Shown here in pieces: positions 62,670 to 64,000 of a stretch of DNA of 64,000 nt. Numbering within the stretch: position 1 is the stretch's first letter; the number at the start of each line of letters is the position of its first letter. The notes below the pieces were generated by a model that was given only the letters and a program-made list of their open reading frames with translations, was not told the DNA's origin and ran no database searches. Made by a program: the position numbers and the translations under genes. Origin of the DNA: Terriglobia bacterium (lineage in GTDB: Bacteria; Acidobacteriota; Terriglobia; 20CM-2-55-15); NCBI GenBank assembly GCA_965198225.1, contig CBDAOY010000003.1:32001-96000 (forward strand), read 5' to 3'.

Positions 62670-62675
62670 CCTGTC

Positions 62676-63239
62676 CTACCGGTTCTTCAGGATAAGGTCG
62701 ACTGCTTCGGCCAGGTCTTCGGCGACGAAATCCGGCTGCTCGTCGGCGGCCTTGAACTCTGCGTATTCCTGTCGGCCGTCACCGGTCAGCACAAGCACCG
62801 TGCCGGCTCCGGCGGCTTTGCCCGTCCGGACATCCAGGTAGCGGTCGCCCACCATGTAGGATCGACCGAGGTCGAGGCCGAGTTCATCCCGAGCTCGGAG
62901 CAGCATACCGGGACGGGGCTTTCGGCAATTGCAACCGGTTTCCGGGTGGTGCGGGCAGAAGTAGACACCATCGAGTCTCGCCTGCGAGAGGGCGATCTTC
63001 TCGCGCAGCCGATCATGAACGCGGTGGACCATCGACTCCTGGAAGTAGCCGCGCTCGATACCCGACTGGTTCGTAGCCAGGAGCACCTTCATCCCGCTCT
63101 GGTTGATCCGCCGGATCGCCTCGCCTGTCCAGGGAAAAACCCGGTAAAGCGAGACGTCGTACATGTAGCCCACTTCTTCCGACACGGTTCCGTCGCGGTC
63201 GAGGAAGATCGCTGACGCGCTGTGGTCGGTGCCGCTCAT
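62676..63239 (-). CDS. gmhB: D,D-heptose 1,7-bisphosphate phosphatase
   Basis: FLDRDGT, TNQSG, CPHHP...CNCRKPRPGM, MVGD. Confidence 0.9.
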   Translation of the reverse strand: MSGTDHSASAIFLDRDGTVSEEVGYMYDVSLYRVFPWTGEAIRRINQSGMKVLLATNQSGIERGYFQESMVHRVHDRLREKIALSQARLDGVYFCPHHPETGCNCRKPRPGMLLRARDELGLDLGRSYMVGDRYLDVRTGKAAGAGTVLVLTGDGRQEYAEFKAADEQPDFVAEDLAEAVDLILKNR

Positions 63240-64000
63240 GCCGGGGTCCGGGCGACCAGGGCCATCGCCGACGAACAAACCTCTGACACCGTGACCGCGT
63301 CCATGCACCGATGATCGATGGGACACTCGCGGAGCATGCAGGGGCTGCAGTCGACGGCGTGCCGCACGACGCTCGTATTGGGGCCGACCGGACTGGTGAC
63401 CTCCGCGTCAGTAGACCCGAAAACCGCGACGGTCGGGGTTCCCAGCGCTGCGCCGATGTGCATCGGTCCCGAGTCGTTCGTGACCATTAATGACGCTTCA
63501 GCAAGAATGCCGACCAGGGTTTCCAGGCTCGTCAGTCCCGACAGGAGAGCGGCTCCGCTTTTCATCCGATCCCGAACGCGTTCTCCGATCGTCCGTTCCG
63601 ATTCCGATCCGATGATCGCCACCGAGAGATCCAACTCGTCCGCCAACCTGTCTGCCACCTCGGCGAAGCGATCCTCTCGCCAGCGCTTGGCTCCCCCGAA
63701 GGCAGCACCAGGGTTGACGACCAGAAAACTCCTGGCCGCCCCGATGCCCTCGAGTTCCAGCAGCCGCCGGGCGTCGGTCGTCTCGTCCGTCGAGGCTTTG
63801 ATCCGAAGCTCGGGTTCCGCACTCGGGCCAAAGGCCTCGGCAACCAGTCTCAGGTAGTAGCTACACTGGTGCTGCCTGGCCGGCGACGGCCGGACTGAGC
63901 GGGTCAGCAGCAGGCTGCGTCCGTCGGTTCGGTAGCCGACTCTTTCCGGTATGCCGCCCGCCCAGACCGTCAGGGCGGCTTCGAAGGAGTTTGGCAGCAG
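63236..64000 (-). CDS. waaF: GT9 LPS heptosyltransferase II (partial, starts beyond the window)
   Basis: LLPNSFEAA, NPGAAFGGAKRW, TNDSGPMH, CSPCMLRECPIDHRCM. Confidence 0.85.
   Translation of the reverse strand: MLPNSFEAALTVWAGGIPERVGYRTDGRSLLLTRSVRPSPARQHQCSYYLRLVAEAFGPSAEPELRIKASTDETTDARRLLELEGIGAARSFLVVNPGAAFGGAKRWREDRFAEVADRLADELDLSVAIIGSESERTIGERVRDRMKSGAALLSGLTSLETLVGILAEASLMVTNDSGPMHIGAALGTPTVAVFGSTDAEVTSPVGPNTSVVRHAVDCSPCMLRECPIDHRCMDAVTVSEVCSSAMALVARTPA

Noticed and set aside
25030-63326. Extended N-termini in the ORF track (25030, 37574, 39900, 53996, 61388, 63326)
   Set aside because: They overlap upstream genes; downstream starts with RBS or paralogue support were used instead

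Overview
GC-rich bacterial chromosome segment, probably Acidobacteriota (inferred from gene order and protein families, not from a search). 1-6.35 kb: one end of a genomic island integrated at tmRNA (ssrA), with a P4-type integrase, a HelD-like helicase-nuclease and an internally deleted IS1182-like element. 6.9-22.9 kb: housekeeping genes (aminotransferase, DegP/HtrA, lipoate ligase, hrcA-grpE-dnaJ-prmA-rsmE, a 6S-like RNA, lepB, carAB). 23-31.2 kb: two sets of type IV minor pilins. 31.5-41.8 kb, the most unusual part: a TPR-CHAT (caspase-like) protease gene followed by two tandem copies of [small protein - secreted S8 subtilase carrying 10-11 copies of a QSTMSLF-type peptide - soluble histidine kinase - NarL response regulator], a candidate peptide-release/proteolytic signalling system. 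41.9-48.9 kb: EamA, UbiD-family decarboxylase, ECF sigma/anti-sigma/HEAT proteins. 49-64 kb (minus strand): rimP-nusA-infB-DUF503-rbfA-nrnA-truB-rpsO-pnp and ADP-heptose/LPS core genes. GTAG-type REP doublets and other short repeats are scattered between genes. Several small inversions and indels (helD, fimT2, eamA/CHAT, nusA) could be real rearrangements or assembly artefacts. All family calls are from motif recognition only; no database search was run.
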